A stretch of DNA of 64,000 nucleotides from Phallusia mammillata (GCA_965637545.1 OZ281495.1:14136001-14200000); one strand, 5' to 3'. Shown: positions 48,120-61,347, numbered from the stretch's first letter. Numbers and translations: made by a program. The notes: generated by a model not told the origin, from the sequence alone.

Positions 48120-51100
48120 ATGTCCGGAAAAAGTGGTATTGAAGCAGATGGAGGAAATTTCTCATCATTGGACGCAACAAGAACCTCAAAAACGTTGCTC
48201 AGTTCAACACTTTCTACAAACAATAAATTGGATCTTTTACCCATAATTCATGATATCACACTTCCCCAAACAAAAACGTATGGAAATCCATATCAAGCAC
48301 CACCGGTTATGGGCTCTGAACCACCTAAGGAATATATGCAAACTAATAGGTTTTCTGGTTCATCAAATAATCAAGATGATTTTGCTGCAACTTCGTTTTC
48401 CGGTTCTGGATTTTCCGGTTTTGGGTTTTCCGGATCTGGGTCTGGTCATTCTTCAGAGATCATTCAAACAAGCAGCTTTTCGGGATCTGGAAAATCACCA
48501 GACACATTAACATGGATACCTCATTTTGAATCAGCATCTGGTTCTGGATTTATTTCATATAGCGAAAACTATGTTCCGTTTCCAACATGGACGTACGTTT
48601 ATATTAAACGTACTACACCAAAACGACTTCAAAACGTCATACAAGACCGGAAGCCAATTTTACCCACTATGTTGTATTATCGTCCAAAGTTATTGGCGCG
48701 ACTACCTTCAAAAGTACTTCACTTTTCGCCGCAAGAATCAGTGCCTATATATTTAGACCCGGACTTGGGCAACACCACCGCTACTGATATTCATGACAAC
48801 AATTTTAATGAGCTCGACAATGTTAACACAAGTTTAGCAAAAATTTTAACCCCTTCTTATAATCCAACTGGAACCATGATACTGGATTCGACTTTAAAGA
48901 ACTCGTCCGAGCTTTGCGGATTTCCAGGATTTTGTTATGTTGAAGCACAGAAAACATGTGCAGGAACGCTTTTATCGCATTGTGATGAGTGTAGTATGGC
49001 CGGAGCAGCTTTGTTTGCTTTAGTCGCAATTATCCTGGGAGTTCTAATATTGCTAGGAAACGCAATTGTGATTCGAAGTGCGTTAAAAACAAGCAAGAAA
49101 GGAAAAGATTTCTTTTCCAAGATTAAATGCTCTTTGGCATTGGCAGATATGCTTACTGGTGAGTACTCCTAAGTAATGGTTTTTTTATTTCGCTTTATAT
49201 CCAATACATAAAACATTACTAAAAGTAGTGTAGTTCATCACGCAAAATATAGACAAACATTGGTTTTCAAATTTGGACCATTGTACAGACGGGCAGCACT
49301 ATTGATGCACCAAATTTGCTGCTTTGTAAACAACAGATCATATCTATTTAATTTTTAAGGCATCGAGATCTTGTGCGTGGCCATGTATAACTTTAGCTGG
49401 ACGATCAATTCAACAGCGAAAGAGATTGATCATCGGCAGTTGCAGTTCAGGGGATCCACCAGGGCCGTTGTCGGTGGAATTTTTTATTTGCTTGGGTTCA
49501 CGTCATCTCTCTATCATCTCGTGTTTCTTGGCGGACAACGCTTGTACGCCATCTGGCGGCCAGTTAAATACAAGCTTCAGCCCACAAGGGTTGTCTACAT
49601 AGGACTTGCTGCTGTCTGGGCTTTCGCATTGGGTATAGCAACCATACCGCGTAAGTGTTTCACTGTCAAAAGAGTTTGAAACTGGTTTTGCGCTATTCAT
49701 AGTTTTGAAAGAGAAAGTACGTACTTTTATTATATTGTTCGGCAATAAGCCAACCTTATTTTAAATGTCTTTACATTGAATTAGTAGTGACCGCTATTTC
49801 TTTTCGATTTAGCTGTTTCCGGCTTGATGAAAAAGTTTTCCGGCAAACGCCATTTTTGGCAACTAAACCAAACTAAACTAAACTTTTTTCTTTGCAGTTT
49901 GGATTCCCGACGTTTTCACATTCTCTTATATTCACACAATTTTTCTCTTTGCGGTCGCCATTTCCGACATCCAACCAACACCTAAAAGATTTGCCGAAGC
50001 AATGGCAATCCCTGTGGTAACAATCCTTGCTCCGTTTATTTTTATGGTAAGTCTTTCTTTCTTGTATCATTATCTTATCATGCATGATGCACATGTGTTT
50101 ACGGAGACCATTAGAAACTGAAATGCTTCAAATAGTCGAAAAATTTCACTAAAAAAATTAATAGATTGAAGTGCTTTACTTAGTACTTAGTACACAAAGG
50201 CTACATAAACATAGATCAGTCGTAAATACCTAACACTTGAGTTAAAAACGCCTATTTCACAAGAACGAAGAAAAGTACTCTTGCGTTTCAGACTATTCTG
50301 ACTGGATTCACAGCCGTTCTTGCAAAAAGACAAATTCGAAAAAGACGCAATCTTCAAGAAAATCTTGGAAGGTTACAGAACAGCAACGCTGAAATGAATC
50401 TTTTCAGAACTGTCGCGTACATGCAGATCGGATTTACAGTCACATTAGGTGAGCGAAAACTAGAGAAACTGGTGTAGTACCTCAAGACATAAGACGAAAG
50501 AAATCAAAAATGCCATTTATAACAAAATACGAGTGGCACTGCACTGCTAGATTATTTAAGATTAAACGCAATTCAGTAAACCAATTTAGTGATATTAGGG
50601 GTGTTTGTAGGAGTATCATCAATCTAATGCAGGGGTTCCCAACCTTTTTACGATCTATTACCACTTGGACGCTCTGTACTGCCCCGCGTACCGAACTTGA
50701 TCGAGTCATATTTTCGTCAGAAGAAGAATATTGGCCTACTAAAATAACACTAAAGCACCACAACTAAATTTAATGAGATTTTTGTTTACTGTCCACCAAT
50801 TAGTCGATGCGCGGTGCAAATTTGCTAACAGCGCTTCGAAAGTCATTTCCGGGCGCACCTATAGTTTTTGGTACTCCCGTATCACCTGAAAAACATTTGC
50901 GTATCACTGATGGTACGCGTTCCACAGGTTGGGAACCCCTGAACTAATAAAAGGGTAAATATGAGTGTTTTTTCTTGTGATAAAATGTGCATATAGTCAT
51001 CAGATTTGTGCTATTTTAATGAAATATGCTACATACATTGCAGTTCCGGTGCTGGTTCCGACTGTGCTGAGCTACACCTATGGATTGACTTGTGATAACG

Positions 51101-51619
51101 TCTCTCTGCCATTCCTTATTTGCTTTTACATGAGCATGTCCAACAGGTAACGATAACCTAATGTGTAACCTAAACAACCTTTATTAAAAACCTGTGCAAT
51201 ATTCTAAAATGAATTAACATTACTATGATCTTGTTTGCTTATATGATGTTGATATGGTTCACTTTATCCATGTAATGCAAGAAACAAAAATAGCTTAACA
51301 AAAGTTTAAGATGAGTCGAAGCTAATTGAATTTGATAGGTTTTTAAACTCCAATCAGGGTTTTATGATGTGTCTGAAATTGCCACACAGTAATAGAAGGA
51401 ACTTTGGTTCTGAAACCAAACCCTAGTTTCTAAAAATGTTTTTTTTTTCTTCTTAGTTTGGTTAACGTGGTGGTCTACAGTGTAAGGGATGCGGGTTTTC
51501 GATCTACTATTCGCGAAATGTTTTGTTTCAAATTGCGGTTGCCATCACGATCGACCAAGTCGCAAACTACCAGACTCACTCACCAGAAGGAAAGTGAAAG
51601 ACCAACTTCACCAGTTTAA
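48120..51619 (+). CDS. Orphan class-A GPCR3 with FSGSG-repeat ectodomain
   Basis: Exons 48120-49158, 49360-49650, 49898-50046, 50292-50448, 51044-51146, 51457-51619; open frame across all junctions. Confidence 0.92.
48396..48440 (+). repeat. Coding 15-bp tandem repeat x3 (F-S-G-S/F-G)
   Basis: ttttccggttctgga ttttccggttttggg ttttccggatctggg. Confidence 0.9.
50630..50941. mobile_element. Shorter (312 bp), inverted copy of the 37100-37702 MITE family in GPCR3 intron 4
   Basis: Perfect TIR caggggttcccaacct / aggttgggaacccctg; degraded TSD atctaatg / aactaata; paralogous GPCR4 intron has a single atctaata at ~57044 with no insert. Confidence 0.88.
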
Positions 51620-52252
51620 ACATTACCCAACATAAGTTCTCATGAAACATTTCTTTTGTTTTGTTACGCATTTTGACAGGGTATATATTGTACTTTTACT
51701 CGCTTTTTTTTGTGACCTTCGACGACACTTTGATTTAGGGTAGTTGTTCACTACCTGGTGTTAACGGTACCCCCATGGTCTGTGGAGCCTTCAGGAATAC
51801 GTGAACGCGAAAACTGTGAAATATTGTGAAACGTCTGAATGGGGTGAAATACACGTATAGGGTTCAACAGATGTAATGCTTATAGAAAGGGTCAGTAACT
51901 ATTCTAAAAGGCTAAGAAATCCTGATTTAGAGCGAGTATTTGTTGTTTTACTGTTGTCAACTTACATTTTGATAAATGTTGTTTATTGAGTCGACAACAC
52001 TAAAAACACGGATTCTTAACACCTAAAATGTCGTTTTATAACACGCTAGAGTACGATAAATTGAATGAATCAAAAACACAATTGCAGCTCAGTTGGTATG
52101 AAGCCAGCCTGGATTCGCACGTAACAAACCTTTTACTCTCGTAAGCAAGAAGCAAAAAAACAAAAATAAATGTCAAACCTTGCACCAATGTAGTGCTGCA
52201 CATCTCCATTGATGTACAAATTTGATATTAAATCATCTTTGTAATTTCGAAG

Positions 52253-53552
52253 GCATTGAGAGCTTGTGCGTGGCAATGTACAACTTTAGCTGGATGGGCA
52301 ATTTAACAGCGGACTAAATTCATCGGCAGTTGCAGTTAAGGGAGTCCACCCGGGACGACGTGGGAGAAATTTTTGTTTGCTTAGGTTCACGTCATCTTTC
52401 TATCATCTCGTTTTTATTGCCGGACATAGCTTGTACGCCATCTGGCGACCAGTTAAATACAAGCTTCAGCCCACAAGGGTTGTCTACATAGGACTTGCTG
52501 CCGTATGGACAATCGACTTTATTACAGCAGTCAGCAATCCTTTCTAAGAATTCTGTAGACCAATCTTTCGTTCACTATCTTGTAACGATGCACAAACTGT
52601 TTTTCTACGTGGTTTGCTCATTCCCTACCAAAAAATACAAAATCATAATGTTTTCTGGTCAATATACAGAATATACTCGGCAGAAGAGCGCCAGTGTAAT
52701 TATTTATTTACGAAACAAAAGTATGAGTGATTATAAACCAAGCACAAAACCACAATGGATTAGTTAAAGCAGACAGTAAAACCACATATCGTAAATACAC
52801 ATAAGTGCATTACTCATAATCGTGTTGTGCTGGCTTACATAGAATCCTAGTCATTATTAATGCAGGAAAACAATTTACTAAATCACATTCGTAAATTTGA
52901 TGGCTAAAAAAATATAAAATATGTTGTGCTATGCGGAATTTTCTGTGGCTCTTTTTGATTCTCATCTATTTTCTTCACGCACAACTCGTATTAGAGTGCA
53001 CGATCATCATGTCTATACTATTTTACTAAAGTTTGTTACTTTTTCTCCAGTTCCGGTGCTGGTTGCGACTTTACTGACAACGTCCGTCTAATAAAGATAT
53101 CCACAAAACAGTGTGTTTGAGTTGTACTAATGATGATTACATCCCGTGTTTACGCTGTCCGCGTAAAAAAGTAAAAATAAATTGCCATCATCCAAATATA
53201 AATGCACGAGTAATACACAAACAAGATAACTAACTACAAGTCTTTCACTTTTTACGTGACGTCGCATCGACGCAATGGTCTAATTTTCGGAATACGTTTA
53301 CCCTAATCTGTTTATTTTGGAATCAGCATTGAAGTGTAATACTGTGAAATCATCTTATTTCTAAACATTGCTGTACGTTTTTGTCTCAGCTTGGTTAAGG
53401 TTGTGGTCTACAGTGTCAGGGACGCGGATTTTCGATCTAATCTCCGCGAAATGTTTTGCATCAAATTGCGGTTATCATCAACATCAAGCACAACGCAAAG
53501 TACCAGGGTGTGTGATAAGAAGGAAAGTGGAAAAACAACTTCACTAGTATAA
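52253..53552 (+). pseudogene. GPCR pseudogene relic (exon 2, part of exon 5, exon 6; exons 1, 3 and most of 4 missing)
   Basis: 52253-~52520 is exon 2 with TAA at 52315 and indels; 52720-52780 and 52920-53330 match GPCR2 introns 4-5; 53051-53076 is truncated exon 5; 53390-53552 matches GPCR2 exon 6. Confidence 0.88.
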
Positions 53553-53639
53553 CTTACATACTGTAACTTTTGTCATGGTGTGTTTTTTCTGTTTCCGCAT
53601 TTTAGAACGGCGTTTCTGGAACTTTTTTCTTTTGTCGTG

Positions 53640-54430
53640 TGTTTTGATAGTGAGCTAGAATCATGGCAGTCAAAACCAAAGTGACTTCATAACATTTTCA
53701 CTGTATTCTTGTCTAGTTTAAATAGCAATTTTGTCGTGTTTTTCGGGCGAACGCTGCCAAAACACCTAATTATTTTAACTCGTAGAATTCCTTTCCCAAA
53801 TGTAAGACACAGCGTCGTTTTATGTTCCTACATTTTGTGCTTTGTATTTGGTAATTATTCCGATTTTACCATGATAATGTTACATTATTTAATCCACTAC
53901 TAGCCGGCTTAAATTCAGACAAACGTGATGTGTCTTTAACTTGTTAAGTATAATGGTCTACATAAAAGTTTGAACATAAACTTGCTTTAAAGTTTTCCTT
54001 GGGGCAATAAACAGTAAGCTACCTGAACGCAAACCCATTGTATCTGACATTTCCATTCTCTCAATCGGTTTTCGGTGCGGTTGTTTCAATACCTGTTTTA
54101 AGCCTCGGGCTTTTTACTTGGGTAGCTTAATCGGTTGAATCAATGCCAATCGGGTACGTTCAGGTATAGTCCATGGCAGAGGTAATAAACAACAAAGTTT
54201 TTCAGACATTGCACAAAACATCATGAGTGAAATGGCGGGCTTCAAAACTAACATAGTTAGATATTTTCTGCTACGGTCACTATGATTGACCGTCGTTAGA
54301 AACGTAGTTTGTCATACAGCATAAATGTAGGTCGTTTCGAAGAATTTAAAAAATAGACAACGATTACAGGCCGAACTTGTTACTGTTAGTCAGATGGTTG
54401 ACAAACGTATTTCGTCTATTGACAGCAACG
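53640..54430 (+). repeat. Paralogous copy of the intergenic spacer 47040-47975
   Basis: Long co-linear matches, e.g. ttttgat.gtgag...tcatggc.gtcaa, ctactagc.ggcttaaattcagac, gcctcgggcttttta, aaacgtagtttgtcatacagca, gacagcaacgggc. Confidence 0.85.
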
Positions 54431-54613
54431 GGCACAAATCGAAGTAAAAATAAGCATTTGAAATGGTAATTTTAACCACTATCAGTTGTAATAATTTAGT
54501 CATGCTGATTTGACATTTCTTTCTCACAATGAGATTGAAGATGTCTTTATAGACTGTTTTAAGGTATGACAATTTTTCATCGTTTTAATTTTAAGTGCTG
54601 TTACACTGTGATT

Positions 54614-57600
54614 ATGTCCGGAAAAAATAGTATTGGAACAGATCTGGAAACTTCCACGGGGTTTGACGCAACAAGAACCTCCATAACGTTGCTCACTTCA
54701 ACATCTTCCACAATGATTGAATTGGATATTTCACCCACAATTCATGATATCACAGTTCCACAAACAAAAACGTATGGGAATCTATATCAATCACCATTGG
54801 TTATGGGCTCTGGACAATTTAAGGAATACGTGCAAACTGATGAATTCTCTGGTCCTCCAATTAATCAAGATGATTTTGCTGCAACTTCGTTTACCGGTTC
54901 TGGATTTTCCGGTTCTGGATTTTCCGGTTCTGGGTTTTCCGGATTTGGGTCTGGTCATTCTTCAGAGTTAAATCAAACCATCAGTTTTTCGGGATCTGGA
55001 AATTCACAGAACAAATCAACATGGATACCTCATTTTGAATCAGCATCCGGTTCAGGAGATATTTTATATAACGAAACCTACTTTCCGAAAAAAACACGGA
55101 CAAACACATATAAAATCAAAATCGGATTTTCGAATAATCCAATACAAGACCGGATGCCAATTTTGTACACGTCACTGACACACGTTATTAAGACCGAAGT
55201 ATTTTATTTTGTGCCCCAAGAATCAATGCCCATATCATTAGACCCGGACTTAAATTTAACCGTTCCTTACGATCCAACTGGTACCATGATACTAGATACG
55301 ATGTTAAAGAACTCGTCTAAGCTTTGCGGATTTCCAGGATTTTGTTCTGTTGAAGCACAGAAAACATGTGCAGAGACAGTTTTATCACATTGTGATGAAT
55401 GTAGTATGGCCGGAGCAGCCTTGTTTGCTTCAGTCGCAATTATCCTGGCAGTTCTAATACTGCTGGGAAACGCAATTGTGATTCGAAGTGCGTTGAAGAG
55501 AAAGGGAAAAGATTTCTTTTTAAAGATTAAATTTTCTTTGGCATTGGCAGATATGCTTACTGGTGAGTACTCCTTAGTAATTGTTCTTTTGTTTTGCTTC
55601 ATATCCAATAACTAAAAAATCACTGAAATGAGTGTAGTTCATCACAAAACATGTACCTTCAAAAGCAAAATAATGACAATGCTTAGGTTTTCAAATTTGA
55701 ACCATTGTATACAGAAGGGTAACGCTATTGATGTACCAAATTTAGGGCATTGAACACAACAGATCATCATTTATTTAATTTTTAAGGCATCGAGATTTTG
55801 TGCGTGGCCATGTACAACTTTAGCTGGACGATCAATTCAACAGCGAAAGAGATTGATTATCGGCAGTTGCAGTTCAGGGGATCCACCCGGTCTATTGTCG
55901 GTGGAATTTTTTATTTGCTTGGGTTTACGTCATCTCTCTATCATCTCGTGTTTCTTGGCGGACAACGCTTGTACGCTGTCTGGCGGCCAGTTAAATACAA
56001 GCTTCAGCCCACAAGGGTTGTCTACATAGGACTTGCTGCTGTCTGGGCTTTCGCTTTAGTTACCGCAACCATACCGCGTAAGTGTTTTACCGTCAATAAA
56101 ACTCGAAACAGGTTTTGCATTATTCAGAGTTTCGCCAGGTAAAAAAAAACATACATTTGGAATCCCGTTTCTCGCCAATGTCGACCTTATGGTTTGTTAG
56201 TCTTTACAATAAACCTTTACTATAGTGCCCTCTACTTTTGTGCCATCTACATAATTTAAAATTGATCAACTTTTTCCGGCTTGATGAGAAACTGGTAAAG
56301 CTGCAAATTTTAGCAACTAAAACAAACGTTTGTTTGCAGTTTGGTTTCCTGACGTTTTTACATTCTCCTACATTCATACAATCTTTCTTTTTGCTGTCGC
56401 TATTACCGACATCCAACCAACACCTAAAAGATTTGCCGAAGCAATGGCAATCCCTGTGGTAACAATCCTTGTTCCTTTCATTTTTATGGTAAGCCGCATT
56501 ATTTTCTTACTTCTAATTATGCTCGCAGCAATTGTTTTGAGTCCATGAGAAACTCGTATATTGCTCCATATAGTCGAAAAATTACGGTCAAAATTAACAT
56601 AATTGATCGGACAGTTACAAGTTGCGAAGTTAAAAATACGTGTTCAACAAACTCAACAAAAAGTTTATCAAAGGTAACGACAATGTTTTTATGCTGTGCG
56701 AATCAGACTGTTCTCACCGGATTCACGGCTTTTCTTGCAAGAAGACAAATTCGAAAACGACGCCTTTTGCAAGAAAACCTGGGAAGAGCGGGACGGTTTC
56801 AGAATAACAACGCCGAAATAAATCTTTTCAAAACTGTGGCGTACATGCAGATCGGATTTACAGTAACATTAGGTGAGTAAAAATATAGAAACAACTGCAG
56901 AAGTACCCATCAAAACATTATCCGGGATAAATCAAAAATACCATTTAGAACAATATGCCAGTCGTACTGCATTGCTAGATTATATTTAAGATTAAAGTCA
57001 TGGTAATTCAGTAAACCAATTTAGTGGTATTTGGGGTATTTAACAATCTAATAAAAGGTAAATATATGTGTTACAAAAATTTTGCATCGTTTCATTATCA
57101 CCTTGTTTCACATTAGTCACCTATGTCTTGTAGTCCTTATATCAGTGGTGGGCAAACTACGGCCCGCGGGCCGCATGCGGCCCGGCAAAGGAGTTCATGC
57201 GGCCCGCCAAATGTTTCCGAGTAACGCTGAATAGTACTATGAGCACAGGCGCAGAGTTTTAAAAATACCGGGGGGTGCGACTTGCCGATACCAATACCAT
57301 GTGCAGTATCTGTACCCGTACGATACTTTGGAACTAAACACAGATACTTTTCACGTGCTTTAGCCTGCCACGTTATTATGCAAATCGTCACTTGACACAA
57401 TTTCTTCGTTCGATGAAAGTAAAAGCGATTCACGTTTTCAAATACAGCCCACTTTGCACTGGTGACGCCCAAACTTTGGCACAAGGACTTTATCAACAAA
57501 AAACGTGGTTCAGCCTTTGTTGCAACAAACGCTTGTTTTTTTGAAACAATTACAATTGTAGCTTTTCAACCACTGTTTGTACAATCATGAACAAACGTAT

Positions 57601-59177
57601 TTGCATAAAGCTGAAAATATACTATGTAATAATTTTGCGCAGGGGTGCACAACCTGCGGCCGCAATCTATTAATATTTTGATTTTCAAACTGCTAAAACA
57701 GATTTCGTGGGACTGGAAAAAAGATTACCAGTCTAGTAACCATATGCGCCAGGCTTTTTATGTGCAAACAATGCGAAAAGAACGGGCACTGCAATCGTCA
57801 CAATACAGTTTTTGACGTCATAAACAGTTAGCTCCGTTCAGCTAAACTTATGCACAAGTTAGAAATTGTTAATCAGAGCATTTTAGGCGACTTTAAATGG
57901 TATATATATGATACAAACCTTATTTTTTACATCAGTTGTTTTAAAACAAAACAACAAGCAAGCAATTGGCGGCCGTTGGTGAAATACCATGCGGCCCGAT
58001 AAGATTATAAACTTTTGAATGCGGCCCTTGCACTGAAAAGTTTGCCCACCCCTGCCTTATATGATCTTTAATTTACTAAGTTTGTTTGTCGTAAGTTGTT
58101 TCCTATGTGTGCATATAGGCCCAAAACGTGTTTATCTTAATTTCACGATGTGGATTTTATGTATTTCACGTTGATCCCTATTCACATTTTTTGTTACGTT
58201 CACGTTTGTTTTTAACTGCTTTAATCCCCGGCACACTTTGCGCTCATCTATCCTTGCGTTTCGCAGCATTCCAAGTACAATTTCAGGTGTAACCATCCTC
58301 GTTAGGGCGATGATAATTGACAGTGGGTTTCTACCATGTGACTTGTGAGTTTCCTTGTTTCTTTATTATTTCTGTCGCGAGCTTTTTTCGTGTGTTTCAA
58401 GCTCTTTTGCGGACCACGTAAGGTTGTGAGGAGTTATTCCCCTGCTGTTTATGTTTTGAAATTTGTGATGCGCAGTGACCTTGCCAATATCGTACAGTTT
58501 TATATACTGTTTTTAAATAAAGACAGTAGTGCTCGAACGCGTCTAAACTATACTAGCCGTTACTGCTGCGTTTAAAGGCTTTTGGCAACCATTAAAGTAA
58601 GCGTCAAACAAGTTTTTCTTTCGTCTTGTGATGAAATGTTCATGATTAACAGATTTGTGCTGTTTTACTGAAATATTGCTACATGCTTTGCAGTTCCGGT
58701 GCTGGTTGCGACTGTGCTGAGCTACACGTATGAATTGACTTGTGATAACATCTCTCTGCCATATCTCATTTGCTTTTACATGAGCATGTCAAACAGGTAA
58801 CGGTAACCTAACGTGTATCCCTAACACAACAACCCAAAACGTAGTAAATAAAAATAACTAAAACAAAGTTTTGAATGGGATAAAGCTAATTGAATTGAGA
58901 AATATTAAATAAAATCAGGGTTTAATGACGTGTCTGAACTTGACACACAGTTATAGAAGGAACTTTGGTCCTAAAACCAAGCCCTTCTCAACTTATCTTT
59001 TTTTATCTTAGCTTGGTTAACGTGGTGGTCTACAGTGCAAGAGACGCGAGGTTTCGATCTACTCTCCGCGAAATGTTTTGTTTCAAATTGCGGTTGCCAT
59101 CGCAGAAGAAGAACAAGTCGCAAACTACCAGACTCTCTCATCAGAAGGAAAGTGAAAGAACAACTTCAACAGTTTAA
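54614..59177 (+). CDS. Orphan class-A GPCR4 with FSGSG-repeat ectodomain
   Basis: Exons 54614-55562, 55787-56077, 56340-56488, 56707-56872, 58694-58796, 59012-59177; closest to GPCR3. Confidence 0.92.
54890..54949 (+). repeat. Coding 15-bp tandem repeat x4 (F-S/T-G-S/F-G)
   Basis: tttaccggttctgga ttttccggttctgga ttttccggttctggg ttttccggatttggg. Confidence 0.9.
57143..58054. mobile_element. hAT-type non-autonomous element (912 bp) in GPCR4 intron 4
   Basis: TIRs cagtggtgggcaaact / agtttgcccacccctg (1 mismatch); perfect 8-bp TSD ccttatat; ends resemble the 31317-31793 element; an internal TIR-like caggggtgcacaacct at 57640; absent from GPCR3 intron 4. Confidence 0.92.
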
Positions 59178-59299
59178 ATTTTCCCAATGATAGTTCACAT
59201 CAAACATTTGTTTTGTTTCGTAACTGCATTTAGACAGGCTGTATATTGCAATTTTACTTGCTTCTCATTAAGCAAGTGACAAAGACCTTCAACGACACC

Positions 59300-59465
59300 G
59301 TGACTTGGGGAGGTTGTTCCATTCCCGGGATTTACGGTACCCAAAGGGCTCTGTGGACAGATTGGGGGTGAATGCGAAAAATTTAAAATATTTTTAAACT
59401 TCCACAGATGTGATAAACCAGTAGAAAGGGTTAGCAACTATACTAAAAGGTTAGAAACCACTGCT
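59300..59465. mobile_element. Degenerate DNA-transposon end shared by the 3' flanks of GPCR3 (~51740-51930) and GPCR4
   Basis: Ends in aaaggttagaaaccactg (hAT-like terminus); paralogous degraded copy after GPCR3; no left TIR or TSD recognised. Confidence 0.4.
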
Positions 59466-59734
59466 TTAGTGCGAGTTGTTGTTGTTATACTGTCCACTTG
59501 CATCTAGATGATGTTTTTTTCACGACACTAATTCTTAACACCCAAAATGACATTTTGTAACAGATACAGCATGGGAATATTATTTCCACTGTCAACATTT
59601 GCGTTTTATTTTCAACAAAAATACTAAAGTGCTGTACAGAACATTATGGCCATGAAAATTCGACAAATCCACCATTAGCCGGTCGTTTTCTTTTTTTGTA
59701 AAACGTGATATTTCCATGCGGCTAAAAAACACAC

Positions 59735-59780
59735 GCTCAGTTGGTGTAAAGCCAGCTCCGGACTCCTGGCTTCGAACCCC
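59735..59780 (+). other. tRNA/SINE-like Pol III A-box and B-box relic (paralogous relic at ~52085)
   Basis: gctcagttggt (A-box-like) and ggcttcgaaccc (B-box-like), too close together for a full cloverleaf. Confidence 0.3.
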
Positions 59781-61341
59781 ATCACAGGCTTTTTCTTTTT
59801 TAGTTTAATTTATAATTGCCGCATGGAAAGGCGTATAAGACTGACTTGATGAAACAACGCCTCTTCCGGGCCTGGCGTACACTATCGATGATATGTATTA
59901 CCTTTTACATTATTAAATCATACAACCGTATGATTTTTGTGAGCATAATCTTAAATAGCATCTTTATTAATTTTATATTTAGCTTACAGTGCAGCGCGGT
60001 TCACCACCAACGACCTCGCGCTTTATACAAATCGTGTATTACGCTTGTGGTATATTTACTGCATGAGCGTGATAGACAAACGTAATAGGGTAATGAGTTC
60101 TTCGTAAAAATTGTTCTGGACCCTCATAAACTTCGTGTCCAAAAACGATTTTCGATGATAGTTTGTAACAACGGTTTCCAATTCATAAAATTAAATATTA
60201 AATAATTTGGTATTTATACAGAGTTACCTCAACGATACGTTTTAACCTGCAGGCAATTGCACTGCAACAATATCTAAATCGAAAATAGCTGCACAACGTT
60301 AGAACGTTTTGTGGCGGAAAAAACGCACCATTGGTGAGTCACGGTTGAACATGTTGCAGCTGCACCAGATCGCTTTGTAGTTTTGTAGTATTTATTGCTT
60401 GTCCTTTGTGGTATTTATTGCTTGTCAAATATCCGGGGGTCGCAATTCAGAAACATTGTTAGAAAACCATACTTTTATGTTGAAAAGGACAATGACAAAA
60501 TGAAACGTCTTGTGTTTTTAAGTTACGAGGAAAATGCGCCAAAAAAGTTTTTTTAGTAGTCGCGTGAGTTGGCAAATGTTGCACTGACGTTTGCCCATGT
60601 TCGTTGGATGAACTTTATTTGATTTATTCCGACCACTACCTTAATATACATTACCAAAGATGCGACCAAGGTGGTGTGGCGGTTTCAAAGTGTTAACGGG
60701 ACCTGAGTCACGAAACCCATGGAGTCAGGCTAAACCGGTTTGAACGAAATCATATAGTACACTTAAACTTCTCGCTTAAATGGAGCGCGTTCGTATTTTC
60801 GAGAAAAACATGTTTTGAGCGCAGGCGCCTTTCCATGCAAGACAAAAATAAAATAATAAAAAAACGCATTGCATAATATAAGTGATTTACAGGTTATGTC
60901 GGTTCTGAATTTAAAATGTCATGGCAATTCAGAGTTCATGTTAAAGACTTGCCAGGGTAAGATGATAACTATAGCTTCATAGCATAGTAAGGAGTCGCAA
61001 ATCAGTAGGTCATCGTTGGTTGTTGGCTTAGCAACCTATATTTGGAATATAAGAAACAGAAGAAGTTTTCCAGACGCGGTACAAACCAAATGCAGATTAT
61101 TGCGTTAAAAATACAGCTTAACGCTAATCGGTTGAGTGTGCTTGAACCGCACCGGTAAAAACTTGTTCAAAGAAGTGAATAGTTCGGTCCGAGGACACAG
61201 CTGCACTCAGTTCATGTGAGGCCACATTCTTGTGCGTTTGCAAAAAAGCTCCAGCAAATAAACGGGACCAAAACGACTTTGTTTGTCTACGTCGAACCCA
61301 AGCGCACGAACGAAGGCACGCGATAGTTTCGCGCAACTGAA

Positions 61342-61347
61342 TATAAA
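61342..61347 (+). promoter_or_regulatory. Candidate TATA box for NRF-6 paralog E
   Basis: tataaa in a relatively GC-rich island ~400 bp upstream of the first recognisable coding exon. Confidence 0.25.

Noticed and set aside
58200-58500. Minus-strand segment faintly like a retroelement zinc knuckle (C-E-T-Q-G-*-M-S-A-K-C)
   Set aside because: The first Cys and the His are missing and frames are broken; too weak without a database search.
59735-59780. Functional tRNA gene
   Set aside because: No acceptor stem or anticodon arm can be folded; kept only as a possible SINE relic.
60334-60711. AP-1-like tgagtca sites
   Set aside because: A 7-mer is expected by chance several times in 64 kb; no supporting context.
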